Below, one piece after another: positions 13,401-23,800 of a DNA stretch of 64,000 nt. The stretch spans positions 28,894,001-28,958,000 of the forward strand of contig NC_058383.1 in the NCBI RefSeq assembly GCF_018350175.1, written 5' to 3'. The DNA comes from Felis catus (taxonomy: Eukaryota). Made by a program: the position numbers and the translations under genes. The notes under the pieces were generated by a model. The model was given only the letters and a program-made list of their open reading frames with translations, was not told the DNA's origin and made no database searches. Within the stretch, counting starts at the first letter, position 1. Each line of letters starts with the position of its first letter.

Positions 13401-13988
13401 TAACTTTAACACACACGGTATTAAATCCTAGCTGGGTACAGTTGTTGCCTACCAAAGCATAAGAGAGGTGCTGGAGATCACGAACCCCAAACTAAGGATG
13501 TTCTCCTGGACAGAATCAAAAGGACCACAAAAGAATTTAAAGGGGAATAACTTCCCCCCTGGAGGACTTGTTGCTATTTAATGCTGTGCCCCTGTACTGC
13601 CTACAATCATCCTGTTTCAGAAACATTGCCGAGTCCCTTTCCCCACCCCACCCACAGCTCCTGGTGGAATGTCTTACTTACCACCCTGTCCTTAGTAAGC
13701 CTAAATAAGAGAAATCGATCTCACTCTGGAGGTGAGCAGGTAAAGCTTTAACAACACTGTTCCACGCACAGCACTAGATTTCAAAAACCTCCCGAAGTGC
13801 AAAAGATCTAATCCATGCAGGAACAGACCACTTCACCTCCACTTGCCTCATTTTTTTTTTTCCAACAGAAGGGACTGAGGAAACCAGCAGAACACAGACC
13901 TGGAAACAATCAAGGAATACTACTTCCAAAGGCACTTACTTGGCAAAGGCCTGAGCAGCCACTCGGATGGCTGGGGTCTGATTCTGTA

Positions 13989-15545
13989 CTAGGGAGGGTG
14001 ACTTCTCGTCTCTGAGGCAGGGACAGGTGTGTTCTCAGGGGGCACTGACTGCTGGGCCTGGGACCCAGGGGGTGGAGATGCGGTGGCAGGGGGTTCCTGA
14101 CTCAGCTCCTGGCTCGCTGGTAGTGGAGTCTCAGAAGCCTGTGCAACTGGCTTCTGAAACTCCTGGGCAGACGCAGACTGGCTGGGAGTCATCTGGCTGG
14201 GAGTCATCTCTCGAACTAAAGACATGATGCTCTGGGGGTCCTGCTGGGTGTGACACAGGGCCTGAAAGTCCGAGACAGCAAGGGAGAGCCGCAGGTCCAC
14301 AGTTTGGTTCTGAAAAGACTGGGATGACAGAAGCTGGATCACAGACACAGGGGTGCTCAGGGCCTGGGCTTGGGGAGCCAGAGCACCTGGAGATGTAGTT
14401 TCAGAGACCAGAGAAAGATTCTCAGTCTGGCTCTGTGAGGCTAGGGGGACTTGGAGGTGGCTCTGTGAGGCTGCAGACAACAGCCGGTAGCTTTGAGAGG
14501 CCAAAAGGGCCTGGAGGTTGCTCTGTGCAGATGCTGGCACCAGGGGATGACCCTGAGAGGCCACGGGCACCAAGAGGTGGCTCTGAGTGGCCACGGGCAC
14601 CAAGGGTTGGCTCTGCGTTGGCAGAGACACCAAGGACTGGCTCTGAGAGGCAGGGACGAGTCCAGGTTGACTCATGGAGGTCGAGGGGGCAGCGGGCAGA
14701 CTCTTAGAAGCCAGGATGGGCGCAGCCTGACTGCCGGAAGCCAAGGAGGCGGCAGGCTGACCCGCAGTGGCAAGACTGACTGCAGGCTGGATCCTCAAAG
14801 AACGCACAGCTGGAGGCTGGCGGGCGGAGGCCCAGGGGACTCCGTGCTGGCTCCTGAAGGGGAGGACGGCTGGGGCCCGAGGCCGGTCGGGAGGAGACAC
14901 ATTGAACTCAGGCGGCCCCAGATGCGTGGATGACGATCCCTTCACGAACCCTGGCAGCCCGGCCCCAGGGCCTGGGGAGCGAACTCCCTCGGAGCTTCCG
15001 ACCGGTTCAGGTTTGGGGCCCAGGTCCTCTCCGCGCAGGTCTTGCGCGTCGCCGCTCTCCTGGACACTTTGCGTCGCGTCTTTGTCCTCGTCCTCCTTCT
15101 CCAGCCGGTTTTCGAGCTGGCCCGTGACGGTCATATCCAGCGAAGCAACGGTCTGAAGGAACCTCCTGCGGCTGCAGCGCCGCCGGAAGCCCCTCAAGTT
15201 CCGGGACACGTTGCAGATGGTGAGAGAGAAGCGGTGGCTGACCGTCTGGCTTAGCGCGTCCACCATGGTGGAGGAGAGCACGTGGAAGGGCCTCTTCGAG
15301 GGCTCTTCCGCAGTCAGTTCGATGTTGCCGGTGTACCAGAAGACCCACCACAGCAGGCTGAGGAAGATGATGATGGAACCCAGGTAGAGCAGCAGGTCGG
15401 CGAAGACCAGGCGCGCGAAGACCCCGGTGAACAGCACGGTCGCGCCCACCGTGTCGAAGGCGACGCCCAGCCAGAAGAAATGCCTGCAACGGCCGAGGCC
15501 CGTCCGCTTCCGGGTCTCCTCCGCGGAGTTTCTTGAAAGCTCCAT
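13989..15545 (-). CDS. Uncharacterised TMEM238-family transmembrane protein with long repeat-containing low-complexity C-terminal tail, 518 aa, single coding exon
   Basis: Uninterrupted 1557-nt ORF from ATG 15545 to TAG 13989. N-terminus GLGRCRHFFWLGVAFDTVGATVLFTGVFA...DLLLYLGSIIIFLSLLWWVFWYTGNIEL has two hydrophobic helices and the GRC...D...TGVFA...DLL.Y.G...LSLL.W..WYTGNIE signature recalled for TMEM238/TMEM238L. 5' half is CpG-rich. Confidence 0.85.
   Translation of the reverse strand: MELSRNSAEETRKRTGLGRCRHFFWLGVAFDTVGATVLFTGVFARLVFADLLLYLGSIIIFLSLLWWVFWYTGNIELTAEEPSKRPFHVLSSTMVDALSQTVSHRFSLTICNVSRNLRGFRRRCSRRRFLQTVASLDMTVTGQLENRLEKEDEDKDATQSVQESGDAQDLRGEDLGPKPEPVGSSEGVRSPGPGAGLPGFVKGSSSTHLGPPEFNVSPPDRPRAPAVLPFRSQHGVPWASARQPPAVRSLRIQPAVSLATAGQPAASLASGSQAAPILASKSLPAAPSTSMSQPGLVPASQSQSLVSLPTQSQPLVPVATQSHLLVPVASQGHPLVPASAQSNLQALLASQSYRLLSAASQSHLQVPLASQSQTENLSLVSETTSPGALAPQAQALSTPVSVIQLLSSQSFQNQTVDLRLSLAVSDFQALCHTQQDPQSIMSLVREMTPSQMTPSQSASAQEFQKPVAQASETPLPASQELSQEPPATASPPPGSQAQQSVPPENTPVPASETRSHPP
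14431..14860 (-). repeat. Degenerate 30-bp coding tandem repeat (~14 units, decapeptide)
   Basis: Plus-strand units start every 30 nt: ctctgtgagg (14431, 14461), ctttgagagg, ctctgtgcag, ccctgagagg, ctctgagtgg, ctctgcgttg, ctctgagagg and so on. Protein units such as TQSQPLVPVA/TQSHLLVPVA/SQGHPLVPAS/SQSHLQVPLA. Confidence 0.9.
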
Positions 15546-15599
15546 GAGTTGCCACTGTCGCCGCCGCCAGGTCCGCAGAGGAGACCAGCCCGCCACCCT

Positions 15600-15960
15600 C
15601 CGGTTGTGGCCTCTGGGTCGCCATGGCAACGCCCCTGACGGGAGGGGGGGTAGAGTGGGCGGGGCGAGAGGGAAAAAGAAGCCGCCTATTACCTGCCGTG
15701 AGAAAAAAAAAAAAGGGGGGGGCGGGGGCACCGCCCAAGCGAGGGGCGCATGCGCCGTGCATCCCGTCGCCCGCGCGCACGACCTCCCCGCATGCGCAGT
15801 GTTTCTGCCCAGTGCGTCTCTCCCGTTTCCCCAGCATCAGGACCCGAACGTGGGGAATTTCGCTCTGGCGCGGGTGGTCTCTGTCCCGCTTTCGGCGGGT
15901 GAAGTGCTGCATTCCGCTCCCCACGCCCTGCCTTTGAGGGCCCGGGCGAGCTTTGAAGGA
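15600..15960 (-). promoter_or_regulatory. CpG-island promoter of the TMEM238-like gene
   Basis: RFX X-box GTCGCCATGGCAAC (15617-15630), TGACG half-CRE (15636-15640), GC box (15657-15664), NRF1 motifs GCGCATGCGC (15746-15755) and CGCATGCGCA (15789-15798). Confidence 0.7.
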
Positions 15961-17621
15961 GAGCAAAGGTCAAGGACCCTCTTCTAGTAACTTCGCCCGC
16001 AGCTGGGAGTACAGCGTGGTCCCAGGTGCTGCCACCTCCTGAGGAGTTAATGGTGTCCTTTGTTTTGGTGAAGAAGCGGCTAGATTAGGATCTATTGTTA
16101 GAGCTTAATTCCCATCTTATCTATTTGCTGGTAGTTACGTTCTTGCCATTTAACCGCACACCTAGAAGTGAATTCTCTGAGGGTTTTTCCACTCTCCATT
16201 GTCTTTCCTTTTTTTGTTACCATTTTTGTTCACCTGTTGGCCCTGGCCCCTGGGGATACTTAAGTATCAGCGTTTCCCACTCTTCCCAACAGAGTAAGGA
16301 AAACTGTCAAAAATAGGAACACCGACGGGAGTCCGAAAACCACAGTAGATTAAAAATGAGTTCATTGGAACCTTGGGAATTGGGCGAGAGAAAATTAAAA
16401 CCAGCGTAAGACCTGGTGTCTGTCATTCAGGTTCTGTTAATAAAAAGTCACAGCCAAGCACCGGCCCCTGGTCTCTAAGTTGCTAAAGGTGGAATTTTTT
16501 TTTTTATGATCTTTTATTTAAAAATACATTAGATGTGCAGAAAAGTTGTGAAGAGAGTATAGAGAGTTCCTCTATACCCCCCAAACACCCAGTGTCTGCG
16601 CTTTGTGTTTTAAAATGGATTACAAAGCAGCACCTTAATTCTCTTTATAGATACTTCTACAAGTTTAGGAACCAATGTTTCATGAATTTCTTGAATCAGT
16701 CAGTAACATTACTTCTGAACTTGAGTACCCCTGAAGTACGCTAAGGGATACCTGATGTCCCAAGACAAAATATAGTCTCTTCCTACAATGTTAATTTTCC
16801 TTGATGTCAAGTATTTTAAAACAGTAATATTACAAAAAATAAACATGTTTTATGGAATAGAATCTAAAATGAGAAAGTAGGGGCACCTGGCTGGCTTGGT
16901 TGGTAAAACACGTGACTATAATCTGAGACTTGTGAGTTTGGGCCCCACCTTAGGTGTAGAGATCTCTAAAATCTTGAAAAAGAAAGAAAGCCCCTATCCT
17001 GGAGATACAGCATAAATCTGTTCCTCCTATTAAATGCATAAGGATATTCTGTTCTCCATAATTTCCTTGTGTTTATTTTGATATTATTGAAACAGTTAAA
17101 AATATATAAGAAAATAAAAGTTAATATTTCCTGTAAAAATTTCTCCAGTTTGTTACTACCCCAGGGCTTGCTTTCTTTTGACATTAGGGATACTAGATTA
17201 GAAAATTTCTTTTGAAGGGTTCCTGGTTGGCTCAGTAGGCTAAGCGTCCGACCCTTGATTTTGGCTCAGGTCATGATCTCATGGTTCAGGAGATGGCACC
17301 TGAGTCTAGCTCTGTGCTGACAGCGTGGAGCCTGCTTGGGATTCTCTCGCGCGCGCTCGCTCTCTCTCCCCCTCCTCACCCACCCTCCCTCAAAAATAAA
17401 TAAATAAACTTTTTAAAAATTCTGTTTGAGAAATACTGCTGTTTATAGGATGGTGGCATAAGAGAAACTCCTTCATTTTTGGAGGAAAATAAAATAACTC
17501 TGCCAACAAAAGATGTCCATACCAATATAAAAGAGAGAGAAAACACAATTTATTACTGAGTAATTACTAATACGTTTATATGCATGTAAGGAAGCACAAA
17601 ACCTTTGGGTTACCTTTGTGG

Positions 17622-18210
17622 TGTCGATGGGGGAAACAAAGACAAATGAAAAATTAAATTCCCTTGCCGCCTATAGCCCACTGACAAGTCCTTGAGACCA
17701 ACAGAGTCACCTCCCTCTAGGAGCCCAGCTGCCTGGATGATGACGCTTTGCTAAGGGCAAAAGGCAATCTTAGCTTAACATTATCCCAACCCCAGGATCC
17801 TGTAAGTCTGCTTTGACATCGAAAAAATTCCTTTGGAAACTGCTTTTATCTCTACATCCCAAGATACTTGTTGGCAATCCAACTCCAAGCTTATGGCCCC
17901 CTGATATACATCTGAAGGGTCTCATGACTGAGTTTTTAACCACACGGGAATAAATGGCCTTTTCCTAACAACAGCTAGCCCCTCAAGGTCCCGGAAGCCT
18001 TGCTTCTAGAATGCCTCAGAGACTTAGGTCATCCCTAACCCCCTCCCAAGCTGAAGGTATATAGTCAGCTATTTCTCACAAACCTAGTGCAGCTCTTTCT
18101 AACCATGGGTCCTGCCCGTGCTTTAATAAAACCACCTTTTTGCGCCGAAGATGTCTCAAGAATTCTTTCTCAGCCGACAGCTCCGAACCCCAACACTCCA
18201 AACCACATCA
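17622..18210 (+). mobile_element. Solo LTR (ERV1-like)
   Basis: TG...CA ends, AATAAA at ~18125, and clear similarity to the reverse complement of 30826-31642. Boundaries approximate. Confidence 0.75.
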
Positions 18211-19583
18211 TTATTAGGATATGCCTCCTGAAGGAGGTGCCCCTGTGACTTCAGAACCAACTTGGTGCCCTATAAATACCGAGGAAATAATTTTCTTCTT
18301 GCTCCATGACAGCTCTGCCGAGCCTTCTCTGGAGTCATATTTCCCAATTAGCAACCACTGAACCTTGCCTATTCTGGACTCTTTCCTTTCTCGTCTGACA
18401 TTTTCACAAGTTTTTATTGTACAAAGTACCCATTTATGGAGAGATCTGATGCTTCCCAATCTTAGCATGCTAAAGTATTCTTTACAGACTCAGGACTGTT
18501 TCTGGGGAGAGAAATTCTGCTACAAATTTAAAGAAGGGGAACACATTCAGTCAGGAAATGAATATACAAAATATCGAGACCTTCCTTCCAAGAAAGTAGG
18601 TGCATGCAGCCAGTGCCCAGCCAAGTCGTATTGATCGCAGAGGTGAAAGAAAATGTGTGCTGGTACATTTACACTTCTGTTACTTTTTTTTTTTTTTTTT
18701 TTGTAGTTTATTTTCCCTACAGTGTTAAAACAGTCGAAACATATTGAAAAACTGAAGGGGCGCCTGGGTGGCTCAGTTGGTTAAGCGCCCAACTACAGCT
18801 CCGCCCAACTACAGCTCTGCTCGGGTCATGATTTCATGGTCCAGTTCGTTAGTTCGAGCCCCACGTCAGGCTTTGTGCTGACAACTTGGAGCCTGGTGCC
18901 TGCTTCAGATTCTGTGTCTCCCCCTCTCTCACTGCCCTTCCCCTGCTCTCACTCTGTCACCCTCTAAAAAATAAATAATAGGGGCGACTGGGTGGCTCAG
19001 TCAGCCGAGTGTCCGACTTTGGCTGGTCATGGTTTCGCGGTTTGTGAGTTCGAGCCCCGTGTCGGGCTCTGTGCTGACAGATCAGAGCCTGGAGCCTGCT
19101 TCGGATTCTGGGTCTCCTCCTCTCTCTGCCTCTCCCCTGCTCATGCTCTGTCTCTCTCTCCCTGTCTCTCAATAATAAATAAACATTCTAAAAAATTTTA
19201 AATAAATAAATAATAAATATTAAAAAATTTTTTTTTTTAACTGAGAACTCGGGGCACCTGGGTGGCTCAATTGGTTGAACAACCAATTCAGCTCAGGTCA
19301 TGATCTCACAGTTCCTGAGTTTCAGCCCCTCGTTGGGCTCTCTGCTGATGCTTTGGATCCTCTGTCCCCCTCTCTCTCTGCCCCTTCCCTGCTTGTGCTC
19401 TCTCTCAAAACTAAACAAACCTTTAAAAAAAAAAAAAAAGAAAGAAAGAAAAGAAAAACTGAAAAGTGAAAAAACATTATTTTAAGTTTAAATGTAATAT
19501 ACCAAAATTAGAATTAGAATTTTATATTCCTAGCTCTAATGGAAACAAATATATTTTTTTAATTTTTTAAATGTGTATTCATT

Positions 19584-19619
<36 letters not shown>

Positions 19620-20079
19620 TGGGGGAGGGACAGAGAGGGAGACGAAAAATCCAAAGCAGGCTTCAGGCTCGAGCTGACAGCACAGAGCCTGACACAGGGC
19701 TTGAACCCACAAACCGTGAGATCATTACTTAAGCTGAAGTGGGATGCTCAACCAACTGAGCCACCCAGGCACCCCGCAAATAATATTTTTTTTAATGTTT
19801 ATTTATTGGAGGGGGGGAGGGGCAGAGAGAGAGGAAGAGTAGAATTCCAAGCAGGCTCCTGGCTGTCAGCCTGTCAGTACAGAGTCCCACAAACCTTGAG
19901 ACCATGACCCCAGTCAAAATCAAGAGTCAGATGCTCAACCAAATGAGCCATGAAGGCACTCCAGAAGCAAATAATATTTTCAAAATATACTTCCTGGTGT
20001 ATCTTGCTTCAGTAGAGACAATTGCCATGTTTTGCATTTTCTCATGAACCGGTCACCATCACAAATAATTTTTGATTAC

Positions 20080-20732
20080 TTTTGGGAATGCAAGCAGGTG
20101 CAGCCCCTCTGGAAAACAGTATGGAGCTTCCTCAAAAAACTAAATATAGAACTACCCTACGACCCAGCAATGGCACTACTAGGCATTTATCCACGGGATA
20201 CAGGTGTGCTGTTTCGAAGGGACACATGCACCCCCATGTTTATAGCAGCACTGTGGACAATAGCCAAAGTATGGAAAGAGCCCAAATGTCCATCGATGGA
20301 TGAGTGGATAAAGATGTGGTATTTATACACAATGGAATATTACTCAGCAATGAGAAGATGAAATCTTGCCATTTGCAACTACGTGGATGGAACTAGAGGG
20401 TATTATGCTAAGTGAAATTAGTCAGAGAAAGACAAAAGTCATATGACTTCACTCATAAGAGGACTTTAAGAGACAAAACAGATGAACATAAGGGAAGGGA
20501 AACAAAAATAATATAAAAACAGGAAGGGGGACAAAACAGAAGTGACTCATAAATATGGAGAACAAACTGAGGGTTGCTGGAGGGGTTGTGGGAGGGGGGA
20601 TGGGCTAAATGGGTAAGGGGCACTAAGGAACTTACTCCTGAAATCATTGTTGCACTATATGCTAACCAATTTGGATGTAAATTAAAACAAATAAAATTAA
20701 GAAAAAATAAAAAGAAAAGAAAAAGAAAAAAA
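20080..20732 (+). mobile_element. 5'-truncated carnivore L1 (ORF2 C-terminus, 3'UTR, A-rich tail)
   Basis: WECKQVQPLWKTVWSFLKKLNIELPYDPA...CTPMFIAAL...KMWYLYTMEYYSA is the L1 ORF2 C-terminus. A-rich tail; TSD tttttgattac on both sides. Confidence 0.92.
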
Positions 20733-21299
20733 TTTTTTTGATTACACTTATTGAAACATTTTTCAGGACCCCAACATTGTGACTGTTACTGTAAAAAATA
20801 TGTATATACATAAAGGTAGCTTCCAAATTTAGATAATACTGCATTAAGCAAAATTTGTGACTCAATTTTAGATGAACAAAACACAATGGTGATTTTTTAA
20901 AATATGAATTGCTGATCCTGAATGCTGCTTAAAATTACTGGAGATGAAATTTCAGCAGGACTTAATTTTGTCAGAATATCGGGGAGTCAAATCAGTGGCT
21001 GCTGGCTCTAAATCAGATCTTTTTGAAAATAGCTTTCATAGGGGCACCTGGGTGGCTCAGTCGGTTAAGCGTTCGACTTCGGCTCAGGTCATGATCTCAT
21101 GGTTTGTGAGTTTGAGTCCCGCGTCGGGCTCTGTGCTGTCCGCTGGGGGTCTGCTTTGGATTCTGTGTCTCCCTCTCTCTCTGTCCCTCCCCCTCTTGCA
21201 GTCTGCCTCTCTCTGTCTCTCAAAAATAAATAAATGTAAAAAAAAAAAGAAAAGAATTTTCATCATATAATATCTGAAGACTGTTTAATATCCTAATAT

Positions 21300-22548
21300 T
21301 TTTAAGTATGTCTATTTCCCATAGTTGATAATTTAATCCAGTGGCTCATACATTTCCAGTTTATTTTTTATTTTTTTCTAATTCAGAGGGTATATTCATA
21401 TGTCTTGCTGAAGTTTTCTGTGGATCAGGCATACTTACAAAGTGACTTTCCTTTGTTGTAAGCAAGAAGATAGGGCTTCAAAGAAGCATGAAATTTTACA
21501 CGTTGTCAGGTTTTCTCACTGGAGGATAGTATGCTTTTTTTTCTATATGATTCGAAATTCATCTCACACTGAAAGTTCCATAAAAAATGTGTGATCTGTT
21601 TGCATCGAGATGCTTTTGATTTCAGCAGAGTGTGTTTCTTCATTTGACATTTTATGTGTTAGTATTGGGTGACAGCTAATTTGTGGGGTAAAAGCCCTGA
21701 CTGCATCCGATCTTGATGTCCATTGATATCCTTATGTGTTTATGTTTTTATTTTAAACACACCCACCACAGAGCCTAACGCTTTGGGGCTCAATCCGACG
21801 ATCCTGAGATCATGACCTTAACTGATATCAAGAGTTGGTTGCCTAACAGTCTGAGCCACACAGGTGTCTTTATGTTTTTAGAATAGACATAAGAATAGCC
21901 CATCTGCTTGTTGAATTTGTTAAATAAATTATAAGTCATTTATAAAACTTTTAAAAGTTATAGTTGAATCATAGACACAGATGTTTTGCATGTGAAATTA
22001 TGGTAGAGCAAGGCACAAATGTGGGATAATCATTTGGGGGGAGGAAATGATGGTTTCTACTCTTTTATACACCTGCCATAGTTGCTCCATTATCTTTTTT
22101 CTGGCCACAAGCATTTGTATGTCAATATCATCCTCTACCAATTAAGAATTTCCGGGGCGCCTGGGTGGCGCAGTCGGTTAAGCGTCCGACTTCAGCCAGG
22201 TCTCGATCTCACGGTTCGTGAGTTCGAGCCCCGCGTCGGGCTCTGGGCTGATGGCTCAGAGCCTGGAGCCTGTTTCCGATTCTGTGTCTCCCTCTCTCTC
22301 TGCCCTTCCCCCGTTCATGCTCTGTCTCTCTCTGTCCCAAAAATAAATAAACGTTGAAAAAAAAATTAAAAAAAAAAATTTCCAGGGGTGCCTGGATGGC
22401 TCAGTTAAGCATCCCACTTCGGCTCAGGTCATGATCTCTTGGTTTGTGAGTTCGAGCCCCATGTCGGGCCCTGTGGTGACAGCTCAGAGCTTGGAGCCTG
22501 CTTCGGATTCTGTGTCTCCCTCTCTCTGTGCCCCTCCCGGCTCACGCA

Positions 22549-22579
<31 letters not shown>

Positions 22580-23800
22580 AAAAATAAACATTAAAAAAAA
22601 AAAAGCATTTCCAAAGCTTGGGGTGCCAGGTGGCTCAGTTGGAAGAACGTCCAACTCTTTATCTTGGAGTCATGAGTTTCAGCCCCACTTTGGGTATAAA
22701 GATTACTTAAGTTAAAAAAAAAAAAAAAAGAACTTTCTAAGCTTGACCATGTCAAAATTTTTTCTCACTTCAATCAAGTCAATACATCTTTCTTGTACTG
22801 TTATGATAGTACTCAGTGTGAACATAATTTATAATCTGACACTTTTGTGTATGATGAGTTGCACCTGTTCTACTGCATCAGAAAGTAAGAAAGAGAATTT
22901 TCCTTCTTACATTCTCCATGGTATTTCAGGTCTAATGAGATTTCCTACTAGCATTATAAATTCCTTTTAAATTCAATTAAACAGAAGCACCTGGGTTGCT
23001 CAGTCAGTTAAGCGTCCAACTTCAGCTCAGGCCATGATCTCACAGTACGTGAATTCAAGCCCCAAATCGGGCTCTCTGCTGTCAGCCAAGTCCGCTTTGG
23101 ATCCTTGGTCTGCCGGTCTCTCTGCCCCTCCCCCACTTGCACTCTCTCAAAACTAAATAAACATTTAAAAATAAATAAATTCAATTAAGTAAATAAGGCA
23201 CAGATCCCTTTCTATCATTAGCTAAATCAACATTATCATAAGCCATAAATTCATCTAAATCTCAAAAGATTCTAGGGTTTAGTCTTCTAATGCTCTCTTG
23301 TGATCCTCTAAGAGGTATATATTTTTTTTTGCACAAAACATAACAACACCTAAAATCCCTGGCAAATATTCCACCTTTTTTCTCTGATTTTTATGACTCT
23401 CTACTAAGCATCATCTAGCAAAGTGTCAGTTTGAGTCTTTTTGAAGCTTCTATTTTAGAAAACGTGACAAAATGTTTTCCATTTCATGATGATGCATCTT
23501 TATGGTCACAAATTCTGTTTACATTCATCCTATCTTTGGGTTGTTGGGGTTGTTTTTGACTTGCACATATTTGATTCTGTTGAACTACTGCCAAAAAAAA
23601 TACACATGGAACTAAAACAAAGATTCTTTGGACTAAGAGAGACAGTAAAAATGAATCAACTTGCCATTAGAATATTTTTATTTACGAAGCAGTCTTTGGA
23701 AAATGTTCAGCCATCATATGAAATGGATTCTCCAAAATCTGAATCCATCCCTCGTCTGGAGTGACCCACTTTTTTACAGAACCATTACAGGACACAGCCA
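21300..23800 (-). mobile_element. Fossil hAT (Tip100-group-like) DNA transposon transposase, fragmented by SINEs
   Basis: Ordered minus-strand peptide remnants: VQERCIDLIE (~22769-22798), CGQKKDNGATMAG (~22071-22109), FVPCS (~22005-22019), STSRWAIL (~21892-21915), WTSRSDAVRA (~21693-21722), with stops and frameshifts. Boundaries approximate. Confidence 0.75.
22155..22735 (+). mobile_element. Three tandem Can-SINEs of different ages within the hAT fossil
   Basis: Three successive SINE heads at ~22155, ~22385 and ~22620, each followed by an A tail and (a)tttcc-like target sequence. Confidence 0.85.

Noticed and set aside
15546..15731. N-terminal 62 aa of the 580-aa ORF-track call (MPPPPPFFFF...)
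   Set aside because: It starts at GTG, not ATG, and runs through promoter motifs and homopolymers. The first in-frame ATG is at 15545.
14435..15987. Several plus-strand ORFs of 90-186 aa overlapping the TMEM238-like gene
   Set aside because: Antisense shadows of GC-rich coding or CpG-island sequence, with no recognisable domains.
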